Assembly: GCA_964016885.1 (NCBI GenBank)
Contig: OZ024746.1
Span: 66,836,001-66,900,000 of the forward strand
Source: Eledone cirrhosa
Lineage: Eukaryota
DNA length: 64,000 nucleotides
Direction: 5' to 3'
Positions 40,970-55,286 of this stretch are shown piece after piece; position 1 is the stretch's first letter; each line of letters begins with the position of its first letter. The notes below the pieces were generated by a model that was not told the DNA's origin, did no database searches, and was given only the letters and a program-made list of their open reading frames with translations. The position numbers were made by a program, and so were the translations under genes.

Positions 40970-41365
40970 AATAATTGTTTCTACTTTTAGCACAAGGCCA
41001 GCAATTATCCCAGTGCATTACTGGTACTTTATTTTATGGACGCCGTAAGGATGAAAGGCAAAGTTAACCTCGGCGGGATTTGAACTCAGACCATAAAGGA
41101 GCGTAATTCTATGCTGCAAAGCATGGTGTCCGACTCTCTACCGATAATGCCAATATACCGCACATGTGTTTATTAATAATTGTTTCTACTTTAGGCACAA
41201 GGCCAGCAATTACCCAGTGCATTACTGGTACTTTATTTTATCGACCCCGTAAGGATGAAAGGCAAAGTCAACCTCGGCGGGATTTGAACTCAGATCGTAA
41301 AGGGACGTAACTATGCTGGAAAGCATGGCGTCCGACCCTCTACCGATACTGCCAATCCACCGCCC
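40970..41365 (-). mobile_element. Tandem pair of SINE A copies (40970-41162 and 41176-41365)
   Basis: Two full copies separated and flanked by atgtgtttatt(a/g)ataat. Confidence 0.92.
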
Positions 41366-41473
41366 TTTATGTGTTTATTGATAATATCGATATGCATGTC
41401 TTTTATCTGTTCATGTTTGGAATTCCAATTCGGCTGGGATAAATATCATTATTATTATTATTATTATTATTAT

Positions 41474-41695
41474 TGGATTGGCAGTATCGTTAGAGCGTTG
41501 GACAACATGCTTTGCAACTTATAGTTACAGCTCTATAATTTCTGTGTTCAAATCTTGCCGAGGTTACCTTTGCTTTTCATCCTTACGGGGTCGATATAAA
41601 AGTAGCAGTAACGTACAGGGGTCGAATTAATCAACTCCCCCCCCCCCCCCCCCAAAAAAAATGGTTGGCCTTGCTACTAAATAAAAACCAATTAT
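41474..41695 (+). mobile_element. SINE family A (variant 3' end), head-to-head with the preceding pair
   Basis: ggattggcagtatcg...gttcaaatc...ttcatccttacggggtcga; inserted in (ATT)n. Confidence 0.88.
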
Positions 41696-43342
41696 TATTA
41701 TTATTATTGGTGTTGTTGTTGTAGTGCTAGTTACTCCTGTCGTTATCATCGTCAACACCACCATCAACACCATCATCGTTTTTTTCGTTTTTTTTGTTGT
41801 CTTTGCTGCTTTTTAATTACTACATTGATTTGATATGCGTTTCTAACTTATCAACTTCAATCTGAAAGATGATAATATAATATAATTTAGTGGAAATTAA
41901 AATTTAGATTTGCTGGCAATAATTTTGAGGAGTGCCTCTTATCGAGAACTTTATTGGTTAAATAATCAAATTTTATGTCTGGAATTACAGTGTCTTAAAT
42001 GGCTGATTGAGTCAATGAGGATTCTAAATTTTTCTTCAAACAAAATATTCAGTTATTCCAATGAATATTATATACTTATTTCCAACAAAATACATGCACT
42101 CGAAACACAATTAAAAAATATTACACTTTTGCATCATCACAATAGCTGTTGGTCTTTTGAAGGATTGATATGAGCATTCGGTTTAACATTATTATTTATT
42201 TGATCTTAGTCCAAGGTTTTTTTCTTTACTTCATATGAAGTTCCGCTGTAAGCATTGCTATGAACATGCAAAATCAATTTTTGTAGTTAAATTAATCATT
42301 ATCTCCGCTTATAGCAAAGTATAAAATATCCTGAACTGATCTTAATTGTTATTTGAAAATGTTTATGATCACTATTTTTAGAAAATGTTTATGATAGTTA
42401 TTTTTAGAAAATTGCTTCTCTCTGGGTCCCAGTCGTCTGGATGTATAATACGGAATAATCTTACTTTTATGACTTTAATGTTAATTGTCTGCCCGATTCT
42501 GTTCTTCCTTCTATATTATCGTTTTTTTCTTTCATATGTATTTATTATGTTAAGGCAAACATAAAGTCTTCCGTGAAATGGCGACTGGATGATCTTGCAT
42601 CTATTAGTTGAAAGGAATTGATAATTACAATTGACAATGTATTTTGTAGATTAGAACTCATCATAAATGCTTGCATGTAATCAGTTTCTACTCATATAGT
42701 ATTCGTTAGTGCGATCTACGTATAATTTTTTTTATTTATTAGCCAGACATTTTACGAATTAATTTATGCAGTGTTCATTAGAGATCTAATCATTCAGCTT
42801 AATGATTAAGTGTCTTAAATGATTGAGTGTCTTATATCATTCCAGATATATCAAGTTCGGACGTTTTATAGATGAACCTTTCAAGGAAAAATAAAAGTAT
42901 GTCATATATCATGTGTGTATGAGAAACAGAAAATATGTGAGTGTATGTTACGGGTAAATATGAATAAACGGAAGATTGTTTAACTACTAAATTTTGAGTT
43001 ACGGTGGCAATATTAGCTTACGAAAAAGTAAGAAGGAAAAACTAAACAATCCAACGAAGATATAATTATGGTAGACGTTTCAATCTATTTACATTCTGGC
43101 ATGAAACAATAAGAGCTAAACAAAGACAGATATGAGTCATAAAGGTAGTAGGTTTAACACAACTAACACGGCTATCCTCCATAAGACAGATGAGAAATGA
43201 GGTACTTGTAGGCAATTCTTTCCACTTTCTCTTATCACAATGGTATGATATACACTGTATAACATTGTTGTGTATTCAACTCTTTTATAGTCTCTTGTAT
43301 GCGCAGAAAACACACACACACACACACACACATACACACACA

Positions 43343-43442
<100 letters not shown>

Positions 43443-43474
43443 CATATGTACTTACACTCACACATATGTATATA

Positions 43475-43506
<32 letters not shown>

Positions 43507-44239
43507 CGTATGTATGTATATTGTCTTTGTGTAAGGGTTTATTTGATTGCATGTGTTGCGGTTGCACCATATCAATCAATCTTAATTATGTAATACCATA
43601 ACCATGCATTAAAGGTCATTCGTCGTGTCGTAAGAAAATTGGAGAAAATTACGTTTGGCTATTTTAACCGATTTTCTTACGCTATTTTCTTCTATATCGA
43701 TCGATGTTTGCATTTCAACCATTCCAATAGATAATAACACACACATACGCACATACACAGACGCACACACACACCTACACACACACCAACACACACATAT
43801 ATATATATACATACATACATACAAATATATATATTTGTGTGTGTGCGTCTATATATATATGTATATATATATATATATATACACACCGATTTTTAGTTTT
43901 TCTTTCTTTCTCATTGATAGATGTTTACTTGTATAATGATTTTTTATAACTAAATCATATGGATTTCGTAACCTTACATTTTCGTATTAGCTGAAATTGT
44001 TATTCAGTCTAGACGCTTGTTTTCCAACATGAGACAATTCACTAGAATTTTATTGAAAAAAGCTATGAATTAATATATCTTACCTTGTTGACTGATGAGT
44101 TGCGTGTCTTAAATAGCTAATTAACTATGTTAATTAATCTCATTTCTTAATCATGAGGAATCCCCGGTCTGAACAATATGTGAGTAAAATCATATATTTG
44201 TTCATGAAATATATTATTTGCTTGCTATGTTCTTAATAC

Positions 44240-44582
44240 CATTCTAAGTTCAAATCCCGCCGAGGTTAACTTTGCCTTTCATCCTTACGGGGTCGATAAA
44301 ATAGAGTACCAGTAATGCACTGGGTAAATGCTGGCCTTGTTTCAAAAGTAGAGACAATTAGGTTCTAACAGCAGGCGCATAATATCAGAGTGGTGGATTG
44401 GCATTATCGGTAGAGGGTCGGACGACATGCTTTACAGCACAGAGTTACGTTCCTTTACGGACTGAGATCAAATCTCGCCGATATTAACTTTGCCTTTCAT
44501 CCTTATACAGGGTCGATAAGATAAAGTACCAGTAATGTACTGCGTAATTGCTGGCCTTGTGCCAAAAGTAGAAACAATTATT
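44240..44582 (+). mobile_element. Two adjacent SINE A copies (44240-44360 and 44388-44582)
   Basis: Match to the family consensus. Confidence 0.9.
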
Positions 44583-44589
44583 TTCATGA

Positions 44590-45150
44590 ACAGGATTTAC
44601 GTGCACCACAGGGTTGGAAGTGGTATCACAGCTGGCAGTGTAAAATCAGTCGGGTAGAATTTCTGTTCTCCGGTGATCTACGTCTTGCATTTGATAATTT
44701 TGAAGGCTGGAATGAAAATCAATGCTGCGGGAACTGAAATACATGTCCTCTCAAGAAAGCCTGTGCGGTGCACTCTACTTGAGAATTTGGTATTCGTGCC
44801 ATCCCTTCCCTATGATCATGAATCGTGGGTAATGACTGAATGAATACGATTGCGAATACAAGCGACCGCAATAGGATTCCTCAGAAGTGACTTTGGAGTA
44901 ACGTTACTCGATAAAATGCGTAACTCAGAGATCAGGGAGTCACTCCAAGTAGAGCCGCTGCTTCGCCGAATTGAGTGAACCAGCTTTGATAATATGCGCA
45001 TGTGGTTAGAAAGTCTCAGGAAAGAATCGCTGGACAGATTTTACAGGCTTGGCTTGGCTTGTCACGCTTGGGGATCCTGCCGGAACTGAGGGGACCCGCT
45101 GGAAGGTGTGTTTGATGAGTCAGCCGACATGACCCTCTCCGGTACTTGTT
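44590..45150 (+). mobile_element. RTE LINE 3' fragment
   Basis: YDHESWVMTE*IRLRIQA..GFLR..GVTLLDKMRNSEIRESLQVEPLLRRIE at ~44810-44975. Confidence 0.85.
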
Positions 45151-45174
45151 GAGGAAGTGTACATATACGAAGTG

Positions 45175-45212
<38 letters not shown>

Positions 45213-45219
45213 GGTGAAT

Positions 45220-45400
45220 GCCGGGTTCAATCGAGTGTAACCACTGTTAGTAAATTACTCAATACATTAATAGAATATAAATATCAAGGTTAATATAGAA
45301 ATGGATTCTATAGGTATAGCACAGTTTATTTCAAAGGAAGTCATTAGGAAACCCTGATGATTTCTTTTCAATGAAACATTTCTCGTCTTGTAGAAGCCAT
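45220..45400. mobile_element. Decayed relative of the 11889-12025 PLE end: inverted tail plus degenerate HHR (45354-45398)
   Basis: rc of 45221-45280 resembles 11961-12020; CTGATGA-tttcttttcaat-GAAA-ca..tg-TA-gaagc. Confidence 0.55.
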
Positions 45401-45437
45401 TCATATATATATAAATATATATGTACATATATATATG

Positions 45438-45480
<43 letters not shown>

Positions 45481-45486
<6 letters not shown>

Positions 45487-46168
45487 GTGAGGTCTTCTTT
45501 TACAAAATGAAAAATAACCGAGGTGTCCTACACGAGTGAAAGTATAAAGAAAAAGGGATGAAATCGAAAATGCAACTGAAGTCTTATTTTTTTTTTAAAT
45601 ATATATATTTATTTGGTTCCTTTACCGGTTTCGCAGTTCTTCTGCTTTTCAAAAGGTGAGTTGAGATGGAGGGTCTGTGGTTTTTCTCACATCTGGTTGG
45701 TCTCTGAATGTTACTTGTTTTATATGGAAAAAGTGGCTCGAAATTCCAGGTATTTCGAGAAGTAATTTGATTGGTTTGTCAATAATTATAATAAATTTCG
45801 CGCCAGTTCGCGTTACAATAGTTCTTCAAATAAGAGAGGGGGGGGGGGGTTGTCACAGGTTGTTTTTTCATATATGAGTGTTTGAATTTCTTTTTACTTG
45901 AAAAAAGGAGGCTCACGAAGGCTTTTTTTTGGTTGGTTATAAATGAAATTTGGCTGTCACGTGAACAAGTTTTTATTACATTTTTACGCCCTTATTTGGA
46001 AAACTATTCTGTAGTCTTTATAGTGAATGTTATGACAATGGAGAGATAGTGGTCAAGAGAAAAGGGATAGGGAGAAATGTTCTGGTTCAGTGAATATGGC
46101 CAGCTCGCCGGGGTGTCAGAGTTCAGATTTTCTATTGAGACTGAAGATATGTATGTTTATTTGTGTGC

Positions 46169-46236
<68 letters not shown>

Positions 46237-49000
46237 TTGTATTGGAAGATGATTCTATTAGTAGAGATGGGGGAGGGAGTTGTGTGTGTGTGTATATGGG
46301 TGTTATGTGTGTGTGTGCGAGTATGTTAAGATGGAGAGAATATATATTTTGTGTGTGTGTATATATATATGTGTGTAGGAAAGTGGTTCTATTAGTAGAA
46401 ATGGGGAGGGAGTTGTAGGTGTAGGGGTTGTTATGTGTGTGTATGGGTGTTATGTGTGTGGGAGTATGGTTAGCATGTTAAGATGAAGAGAATATATATA
46501 TATATATGTATATATTGTGTGTGTGTGTATGTGTGTGTGTAGGAAAGTGATTCCTTTAGTAGGAATATTTTTGAATGAACATATTTTCCTTACTTTTTCG
46601 TGTTTGCTGTTGTATTGCCAGTGCAAACGTATGTTAAGGTTTATTTAGTTCGGGTTTTTATTTTCTAAAGTAGAAGGTGTTATGTGTTTGTGTGTATGTC
46701 ATATTGTGGTGTTGACATAATGTATATTAAACCTTATTTAATGTTTGTCTATATTTTTGAATAAACATATTTTCCTTATTTATTCGCACTTGTTCTGTTG
46801 TATTGTTAGCGCAAAGGTAAAATGGAAAGACTTGGAATTTGGGTGTCTTATTACTTGCGCAAATGTCTAGATATGCACTTAGTGGTATCTGTCTCGTGGT
46901 TGGATCTCGTAATTGTTGGCGATGAACTGTCATTCTGTTTCTGAGTGTGAGTTTTGTTTGTCCTATATAATCTTCATTGCATCCTTTACATTTAATGGCA
47001 TAAAATAGATTTTTTGATGAGCAAGTGAAGTGATTTTTTACAGTAAAATTTTGTCCTGATTTAAATGTATACGTGTTGCCTTCAATGAGGTGAGTGCAGG
47101 TTCCACAATTAGAGCGACCACATTTTTTGATACTTGGTTGTGGGTTTGTGGTAGGTAATTTGGCATTGGTGAGTAATGTTTTCAGTGATTTTGGTTGTCT
47201 TTTGCTTTTGATTATTTTGTGTGTTTCAAGGGCTTTTTTCATTCTTGGGTTTTGTTTTAGTAGTGGGATGTTATTGTGAATAGTGTTGTAAGCTTCCGCA
47301 TTTCTTGGGTTGTGTGTTGAGATATATGATAGAATATTGGACGTACCTTGAATTTGTTTCTGTTTCCGTAATTCATCAATGCCTATTGCTTTAGCCCTTT
47401 CTATTCCATTATTTATTAGTAATAGTGGGTACTCTCTCTCAAGTAGAATATCCTTTAATTCTTGAAGTCTTTTATTTCGCGTTTCATAATTGGAGACAAT
47501 TGTGCAAATTCTTCTTGCTAGGTTAAAAGGAATGTTCGTCTTCGTGTGCTTTGGATGGTTGGAGGTGAATAGCAGATATTGTTTGGAATCTGTTGGTTTG
47601 TAGTGTATGTCAGTTTCGATATTTGTGTCTTTTTTGTGATTAAGATGTCCAGAAATGGGAGTTGATCTTGGCTGTATTCCATTGTGAATTGGATGTGGTT
47701 ATTGATGCCGTTTATTAAGTTTTTGAAATCCTTCAGTTGGTCGAGTGTGTGGGACCAAAGAATGAGGCAATCGTCCAAGTAGCGTTTCCAATTCTCTGAT
47801 AAATATTTGTGGAAGTTCAATCCGTATTTTGATTTGGACTGTTCATATATCTGGACTTCTAAGTATGCCATGACTAAGTTGGCATAAGTTGGAGCGGCTT
47901 TTGTGCCCATCGCAGTCCCCGATATTTGCTTGTAAGTATTGCCATCGAAATCAAAATGTTGTTCTGTAGGATGAATTTTAATCCCTCGGTGATGAAGCTT
48001 TTTTCTATTCTGTCAGGTATCTCATTGGGATATTTCTCTAGCCAGAATCCTATTGCTTCTAGTCCGTATTGGTGTGGGATCGTTGTGTAGAGATTCACTA
48101 CATCGAAAGACACAATAATAGTGTCGTTGTTGACATGTTTGGGGAGGTGGTTTAAGAGGTCCAGATCGTCTCTTACAAGGCTTGGTATGTGTTTCAGTAT
48201 TGGTTTCAGTAGTATGTCTATAAAGTTGCTCAATCTGTGTGTTTCACATTGTGGGCCCGCTACAATTGGTCTTAATTTAAGGTCTGTGGGGTATTGTGTG
48301 TTCACGCAGGCTGAGGTGGATTGTTTACAGGCATCGTTGATTATTTTACATTTGTGGATCTTCGGAAGTCCGTAAAGGTTGCTGGTTTTGTATTCAACAT
48401 TTGTTAAATAATCGCGTTCCTTTTTAGTTAGGTCTTCCTGGTATCGATAAATCAGTGTGTTTAATTTGGTCATTATTTTTGATTGCTGGTAGTTTTTTAC
48501 TCTTTCATAGTAATTAGTATTTTGTAAGAGAGAGAACATAGAATTTTTATATTTTTCAGCCTCCATAATGACAACAGTACTTCCCTTGTCCGCTTCCTTA
48601 ATTACAATGTCCGTATTTTTTTTTAGTTCATGGATAATTTCCCATTCCCTTCGACTTGTGTTGGGTTTGGGTTTAGGTTGTGGTAGTTCATGGTATGGGA
48701 AGGTAGCTATGTGGTCACAAAATTTGTCCAGAACTCTGTTTCTACCTTTTGTTGGGTTGTAGCTGCTTTTATTCCGTACAATTGATTCGTCGTTATTCTC
48801 CTTGTCAAAGAATTCCTCTGTGAGACGTAATTTTCTACAGAAGTGTGAGATATCGTCATTTATCTCGTTGGGGTTAGGGTATTGTGGTGTTGGTGTGAAT
48901 TTCAGACCTTTGGAGAGAATTTTTACTTGTTGGGCTGAGAGGTTTGTATTTGAAATGTTAATTATTTTCGGTTTTTCAAAATCGGTTTGTGCCACCGGGT
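45481..49000 (-). mobile_element. Near-complete Penelope-like element (Neptune-like Zn linker): RT + GIY-YIG, frameshifted, ~1.2 kb 3' tail
   Basis: ILSKGLKF, IKEADKG, YGLPKIHK, RPIV, FDVVNLYT, MGTKAAPTYAN, RYLDD, PFLD, CGRSNCGTC, YAIKC..C..DYIGQT; ORF pieces 48995-47874, 47910-47518, 47242-46727. Confidence 0.96.
45619..45656 (-). ncRNA. Minimal hammerhead ribozyme, U3-A8 variant
   Basis: cctt-TTGAAAA-gcag aagaa ctgc-GAAA-ccgg-TA-aagg. Confidence 0.8.
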
Positions 49001-50282
49001 GTCGTGAGTCCTGTAGCCTTGGTCTAAAAAATGATTTTTCTGGAATATTTTTTCATTGGTATTATTATATCTAATGGTATTTCCCCTGTTGTTGTATGGT
49101 CTTATATCGATAGGAACACTGAATAATGCCAAACTGAATCATGAGACGAAAAATTACATAGAATGCCTCGAAAGACACAAAATAAGTCATAATAATAAAT
49201 ACTCTAGGTCTTTACTGGATTTGTTTTGTTTTAATAAAATTCAACAGAATTATTTCCGTGGTAGGTTTTTTTGTTTTTTTTTCTAGACCTAAAAGAAAAT
49301 ATAAACATAGAGACTTCCTGAGGAGAAAATCTATGTTTAAAGACTAACATTCGCTTACAACTTTTTTTCAATAATTTTTTTCTCTAGTAGATTATTTTCT
49401 ATGCTATTAAGTATAGATGGTAAATTGATGGCGTGTCCCAGCAAACCTATACACACGCATACATGCATGACACACACATATATATGTAGACATTCACAGA
49501 CACTCACATATATATGTAGACATATATATACACATATGTTTATATATATATATATAGTTTACATGCATTTTTTATATTTTAAGAACGGAAACCTATACTT
49601 ATTGTTAAATACGTTTTTCGGAAAATATTCTTCGATTCCGTATACGACATATAGACATTTCCACATATTAGATAAGAAAATATAACTTTCTGAATTCGAA
49701 CATACAACAAATATCAAGCATTTATACACACAATCAAACATACACGTGCGAGTGCTTGGATCTACACACAAACAAAGACACACACATCCACATAAACATG
49801 CACACATACACACACATATATATATATACATATATTTGTAAATATATATATATATTTTTTTTTATGTGTATTTATATTTATATATATGTATATATACATA
49901 TGTGTGTGTGTAAGTTTGGGTGTGTAAGTAAAGAATACAGAGTTATATCTTTATACATATTAGTTTGTATGAAGGGAATTTAAGGCAAATAATTCTTCAT
50001 ATCGATCCAGGTTTTGCGAAGCCGAATGGAATCAGAAAGAATATTGCAGAAAAAAACGGATAGAAATAAAATTAATAAGCTTATAGTTTTGATGATATCA
50101 TTTATAGGACTATCATCATATTGCACAGTCATATATATCTACTGTATTTAAGTAGCCTTAATCTGTATTCGTATTTACTAACAGAATTTGTATGAAGTAT
50201 CCTTTTGCATTTGTGCAACAAACTCTTCCTACAATCTCCTTGCAACACACCTGTATGTATGTATGCGTGATATCTCTCTTTC

Positions 50283-50398
<116 letters not shown>

Positions 50399-50869
50399 TT
50401 GTGTGCTTATGTGTATATGACTGTGCGAGTGTAGTGATCATTATGCGTATGTTAATGCGCACACCTCTCTCTCACTTGTCAATAAATGTATTAAAGGAGA
50501 TATTCAATGGATTAGAGTTTTGATACACATTTTTTAAGAAACTAGTTCTTCAAACAAATCAAGGCCTACTCATGGCGAATTTATAAGGGAATCTTATACA
50601 ATGTAATGTGTATCGTTATAAATCGCTGAATAACTAAAGTTGTGCGAGACAACGAGCTGGCATGTTTGTAAAGTAAGTGTATAAATATGTATATGAAGGG
50701 GCGGTGGAAGCATTTCTGGATTGGTGGTGGTGGTGGTGGGAGGCAAATTTGAACAACTTAGTTGTAGTGATTAGTTTAGCTCTTTGCACTCTAATATGGT
50801 CAGTAAACTAATAATTATTTTATTTTACATTAAAAAAAACATTGTATAAACATCAAATGCACCCCACCC

Positions 50870-51945
50870 CCAGTCTCTTTATTTACTACTCGGAACCCTC
50901 TCCAAACACTGCTCTCTATATCAATAACCACCAAACTATACCTCTCTATATCTACCATACAAAACTCTCTTTCATTCCCTCTCACTCTCCCTGTCACTGC
51001 CCCCCCCCTCTCACGGTATCTCTCAGTACCTATCTCTATCAATCCTCTCCCTCTATTCATTACCACAAAACTCTCTCCCTCTCTACATCAACCATACAAC
51101 ATAATCTCCCAATCCCATTCCCTATAGCAAGTAACAGCGAACGCTCACCCACTTTATATCCACTACACGGAACTCACTTCCAATCACCCTCTCTATATCA
51201 AGTACAACAATACTCAACCCCTTCTCTATATCTACTACATGGAACTCTCTTCGAATCCCCCTCTCTATATCAATTCAGACAAAACTCTCCTCCTCTCTAT
51301 ATATCCGTACAACACGCTCTCTCATTCTCTCTCACTCTGTCTATCACTACCAAACTCTCCCGCTCACTATATCAACCATGTATTATACTCTCCCAATACC
51401 ACTCTCTAGATCAATTAAAAGCAAAGTATCCCTGTCTTTATATCTACTGCAGGGAACTCTCTTCCAAATCCCACCCTCTGTATCTACCACACGGAACCTT
51501 CTTCCAATCCCCTTCTCTATATTAATTTACACAAGACTCTTCCCCTCCCTATATCTACTACATGGTACTCACTTCCAATACCCCGCTCTCTATCAATAAA
51601 CATCAATCTTTCCCCCACTCTATATCTAATGTACAACACATTCTCCCCAAATACTCTCCCTATATAAATTATCACCAAACTCTCTCACTCTCTATTTCTA
51701 CCATGCAACAATCTCTCTCTCATTCCCTCTCACCCAATCCATCACTACCAAACTCTCCCCCCATCTATATCAACTATACGGAACTCTCTTCCAATCCGCA
51801 TCTGTATATCTACTACACGGAACTCTCTCTATATCGAAGAACATCAATATCTCCCCCACTTTATATATAACATACAACGCACTCTCCCAACCTCCCCCTC
51901 TATATCAATTCCGACCAAACTCTCCCTCTCTATATATCTATATGT
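50870..51945. repeat. Degenerate minisatellite (~35-bp subunits, ~70-bp higher period)
   Basis: Recurring ctctctatatctactacacggaactctcttccaatc / ctctctatatcaatt..caaaactctcc. Confidence 0.85.
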
Positions 51946-52245
51946 ATCTCCCGCATCTGCCTCTATTTAACATGCACATATATTATAGCGCATATACAAT
52001 AAAGATGTGTGTTTTGTTTATTTGGGGAGATAAATATAATTATTGGGCGAGGGACATGGCCCTCACTGACCTGAAACACAACAGAGTTCTACCACCCCTG
52101 ATATTTATATATTGACATCAACAGAAATGATGGCAAACGGTCAGAACTCCTAAAAAAATAAATACCACTTAATGGAAAATTAAGAAAATCTAATTAAACA
52201 AGTTTCCAGATAAGTTCAAATAATGGTGACCGTATCTCCCTTGTG

Positions 52246-52309
<64 letters not shown>

Positions 52310-52367
52310 TATATATAATATATATATATATATCAACGAGAAGTACTTTCTAATAAATATGTACATA

Positions 52368-52409
<42 letters not shown>

Positions 52410-52470
52410 TACGAATAGTGAAAACAATGAAATTAAATAAAAATAAAGGTTAATTCATAGTAAAACTCAT

Positions 52471-52606
52471 TATTTTACGATCGTTTCGGAGGGGGGGGGG
52501 TAGTTCCCGTATATCCATTCTATTATTGATCTATGTAAAATATATTACAAAATATCATAGTAAGGAAATATACATACGGCTTCACAACCCGCCGTCTTCA
52601 GAAATA
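52471..52606 (-). ncRNA. Hammerhead ribozyme with ~107-nt stem II domain; solo relative of 59552-59700
   Basis: tattt-CTGAAGA-cggcggg[...]ccctcc-GAAA-cgatcg-TA-aaata; between (TA)n arrays. Confidence 0.7.
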
Positions 52607-52607
52607 T

Positions 52608-52677
<70 letters not shown>

Positions 52678-52741
52678 CTATATATATATATAACTATATA
52701 TTACTATATATATATATATATTACTATATATATATATATAT

Positions 52742-54230
52742 ATGATCTGGGACCTCAAGGACAGGAATATTGAACCCCGGATTTCGTGGTCAGTAAAAAG
52801 ACACGGGGCATATATCCCCAGTGACAGAAACCACTGCAGATTATGCCTAGCTGAGGCGGCGGAAATAATTAAATTAAATTCCGCCATAAACTATAGGTCG
52901 GACATAATTGTCAATCGCAGACACACTAGGATGAACACCTTTTCTGCACAAACATTCGCGGGAGGGTCACGCACTAACCTTGACCCACCATAATAATAAC
53001 CACATCTGCCCCGTATCACCATCGCCTATCTCAACGAATCTTATTTTATTGTATTGCATTTAACCATATGTAAGCCCGTATTTTGTATATAATGCCGCAT
53101 ACAAATCACACTAACCATGACGCACCATATTAATAACCACATATACCCCTTCTCAACATCGCCCACCTCAATGAACTTATTGTATTGAACTCCATGTAAC
53201 CATTTCTAAGCTCGCATTTGTATATCATGCCGCACACATCACCATCACCACCACCAAAACTCACATCAACATACACACCTCATCGTTGCAACATCGTATT
53301 AGATCGGTCTCCTATGATACGTTCTACCTTGCAATCCACAATGACAAGAGACCTTGTAAATACAATGTCGATCCTATCACACCATCGCCGCCACCACCAC
53401 ACCACACATCGTCATATGCCTACCATACACACCTACAACCTCATCCCCCCATGTTGCGTATATGGGTGAATCTGACTATGTGTAGGTGAGCTCATGTAGG
53501 TGCATGTATGTGTGTATGTGCGTGTGTATCTGTGTGTTGTCTGTACATGTGTGGGCATGGATGTGCGTCTGTGTTTTGTGGTGGGTGTGTTTATACAACA
53601 ATATGTGTGCACATATATACATGTATGTGTGTGCGTATACGAATATGCAAAGCATCTGTCAGACGAAGAGCGTCTAGCTATGTATCTAGGTAATGACCTT
53701 GACGCCACCAATACATCCACCACACCACCACAAACGCCGCTACCATAGACAGCGGCACCAATACCATACCCCCACACACAGGCCAACCCGTCTACTGACA
53801 ATCCACTAGCCTCATACCACAGCCCATCCCACTAAGCAACCATAACCACCACCATATCCTCACATCCACCCCTACATACCTACACGCCAAGGCCAACCAA
53901 CCACCACCACATCTCAGCCCATCTCATCCACTGCCCATCACCAACATCTCACCATCACACCCACCCCCATATACACTACCGGCCAGTACATCGCCTTGAT
54001 CCTTCCCACCAATCAAAACAACTCATTTTGTCAAACTCTTGAAATTCTGACTTTACCACATGGCATGTATTTCATTTTCTTATAGCATTTTAAGAGGGTC
54101 CGTCGAGCTGCGGATTATTGAGTCGGGTAGGATCGATATAGATCGAACCTTGAGTGATCAGTGGCGAAACGCGCGTCACCTATCAATAAATGCAATGAAG
54201 GAATAATCAATCGTCCTTTTTATCCTTTCT
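52742..54230 (+). mobile_element. PLE 3' fragment: GIY-YIG C-terminus (52742-52993) plus tail
   Basis: IWDLK..I...ISWSV...AY......CRLCLAE aligns with the 7793 and 63208 ORFs; flanked by (TA)n. Confidence 0.85.
54096..54181 (+). ncRNA. Decayed hammerhead with long stem II at the PLE 3' end
   Basis: gggt-CCGTCGA-gctgcggattatt..agtgatcagtggc-GAAA-cgcgcg-TC-acct. Confidence 0.6.
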
Positions 54231-54246
54231 ATATATATATATATAT

Positions 54247-54306
<60 letters not shown>

Positions 54307-54309
54307 ATA

Positions 54310-54402
54310 ATAATTGTTTCTACTTTTGGCACAAGGCCAGCAATTACCCAGTACATTACTAGTACTTTCTTTTATCGCCCCCTAATGATGAAAGGCAAAG
54401 TT
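54310..54402 (-). mobile_element. SINE family A 3' fragment
   Basis: aattgtttctacttttggcacaaggccagc...gatgaaaggcaaagtt. Confidence 0.85.
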
Positions 54403-54577
54403 ATAAGTATGTACACGTACATACATATATGTATACAGACGTACAGTAGTATGTATATATATATATACATACATGCACACATATATATATGTACGTGATG
54501 GTTGCTAGACACTACGGCTTAATACGGGATGTTTGTTTACAAACACACCGAACATTATAATAAACACTGACACAGGA

Positions 54578-54620
54578 ACGATGTACTAGTTTCAAGCTTA
54601 TTAGCTATCGCCAGCAGCGT
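54578..54620 (-). ncRNA. Hammerhead copy (CUGGCGA core)
   Basis: Reverse-complement copy of the 55244 motif. Confidence 0.7.
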
Positions 54621-54807
54621 ATACCTTCCAGCCAGGTGGTTGAACGTCTGAAAGTATATACTTTCCTTATGCATATTAACGGCTGAGCAGCCTAATTTGC
54701 ATATCGAGTGAGTTTAGTCGGCCGGGCGCACCGAAAACGATAAATGGAATAGAAAAAAAAACGAAAGTATATACTTTCAGACGTTCAACCATCTGGCAGG
54801 AAGGTAT

Positions 54808-54850
54808 ACCATGCTGACGATAGCTAATAAGCTTGAAACTAGTACATCGT
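54808..54850 (+). ncRNA. Minimal type I hammerhead, intact core
   Basis: accatg-CTGACGA-tagct aata agctt-GAAA-ctag-TA-catcgt. Confidence 0.85.
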
Positions 54851-55243
54851 TCTGTGTCAGTGTTGAAGAAATAGGTGACGTGTTTGCCTAAACACTGTAC
54901 GGCATAATTCGGGCTGTGTGTTTGTTTACACAACAAACCGAGCATTATAATAAATGTTCGGTAAACCGATACGTGCATATATATATGTGTGCATGTATGT
55001 ATATATATACATACTACTGTACTTCTGTATACATATATGTATGTACGTATACATACATACTTACATTTAAGTAACTGCCGTACTAAGAGTGAGAAATGAA
55101 ATTTTGTTTCTTCTATTACCTTTATCGTTTTCGGTGCTCCCGGCCGACTAAATTCCTCGATATGCAAATTAGGCTGCTCAGCCGTTAATATGCATAAGGA
55201 AAGTATATACTTTCAGACGTTCAACCATCTGACAGGAAGGTAT

Positions 55244-55286
55244 ACGATGCTGGCGATAGCTAATAAGCTTGAAACTAGTACATCGT
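55244..55286 (+). ncRNA. Hammerhead copy (CUGGCGA core, perfect stem I)
   Basis: acgatg-CTGGCGA-tagctaataagctt-GAAA-ctag-TA-catcgt. Confidence 0.75.

Noticed and set aside
50842-51870. 227-aa and 102-aa ORFs
   Set aside because: Arise from a G-poor minisatellite
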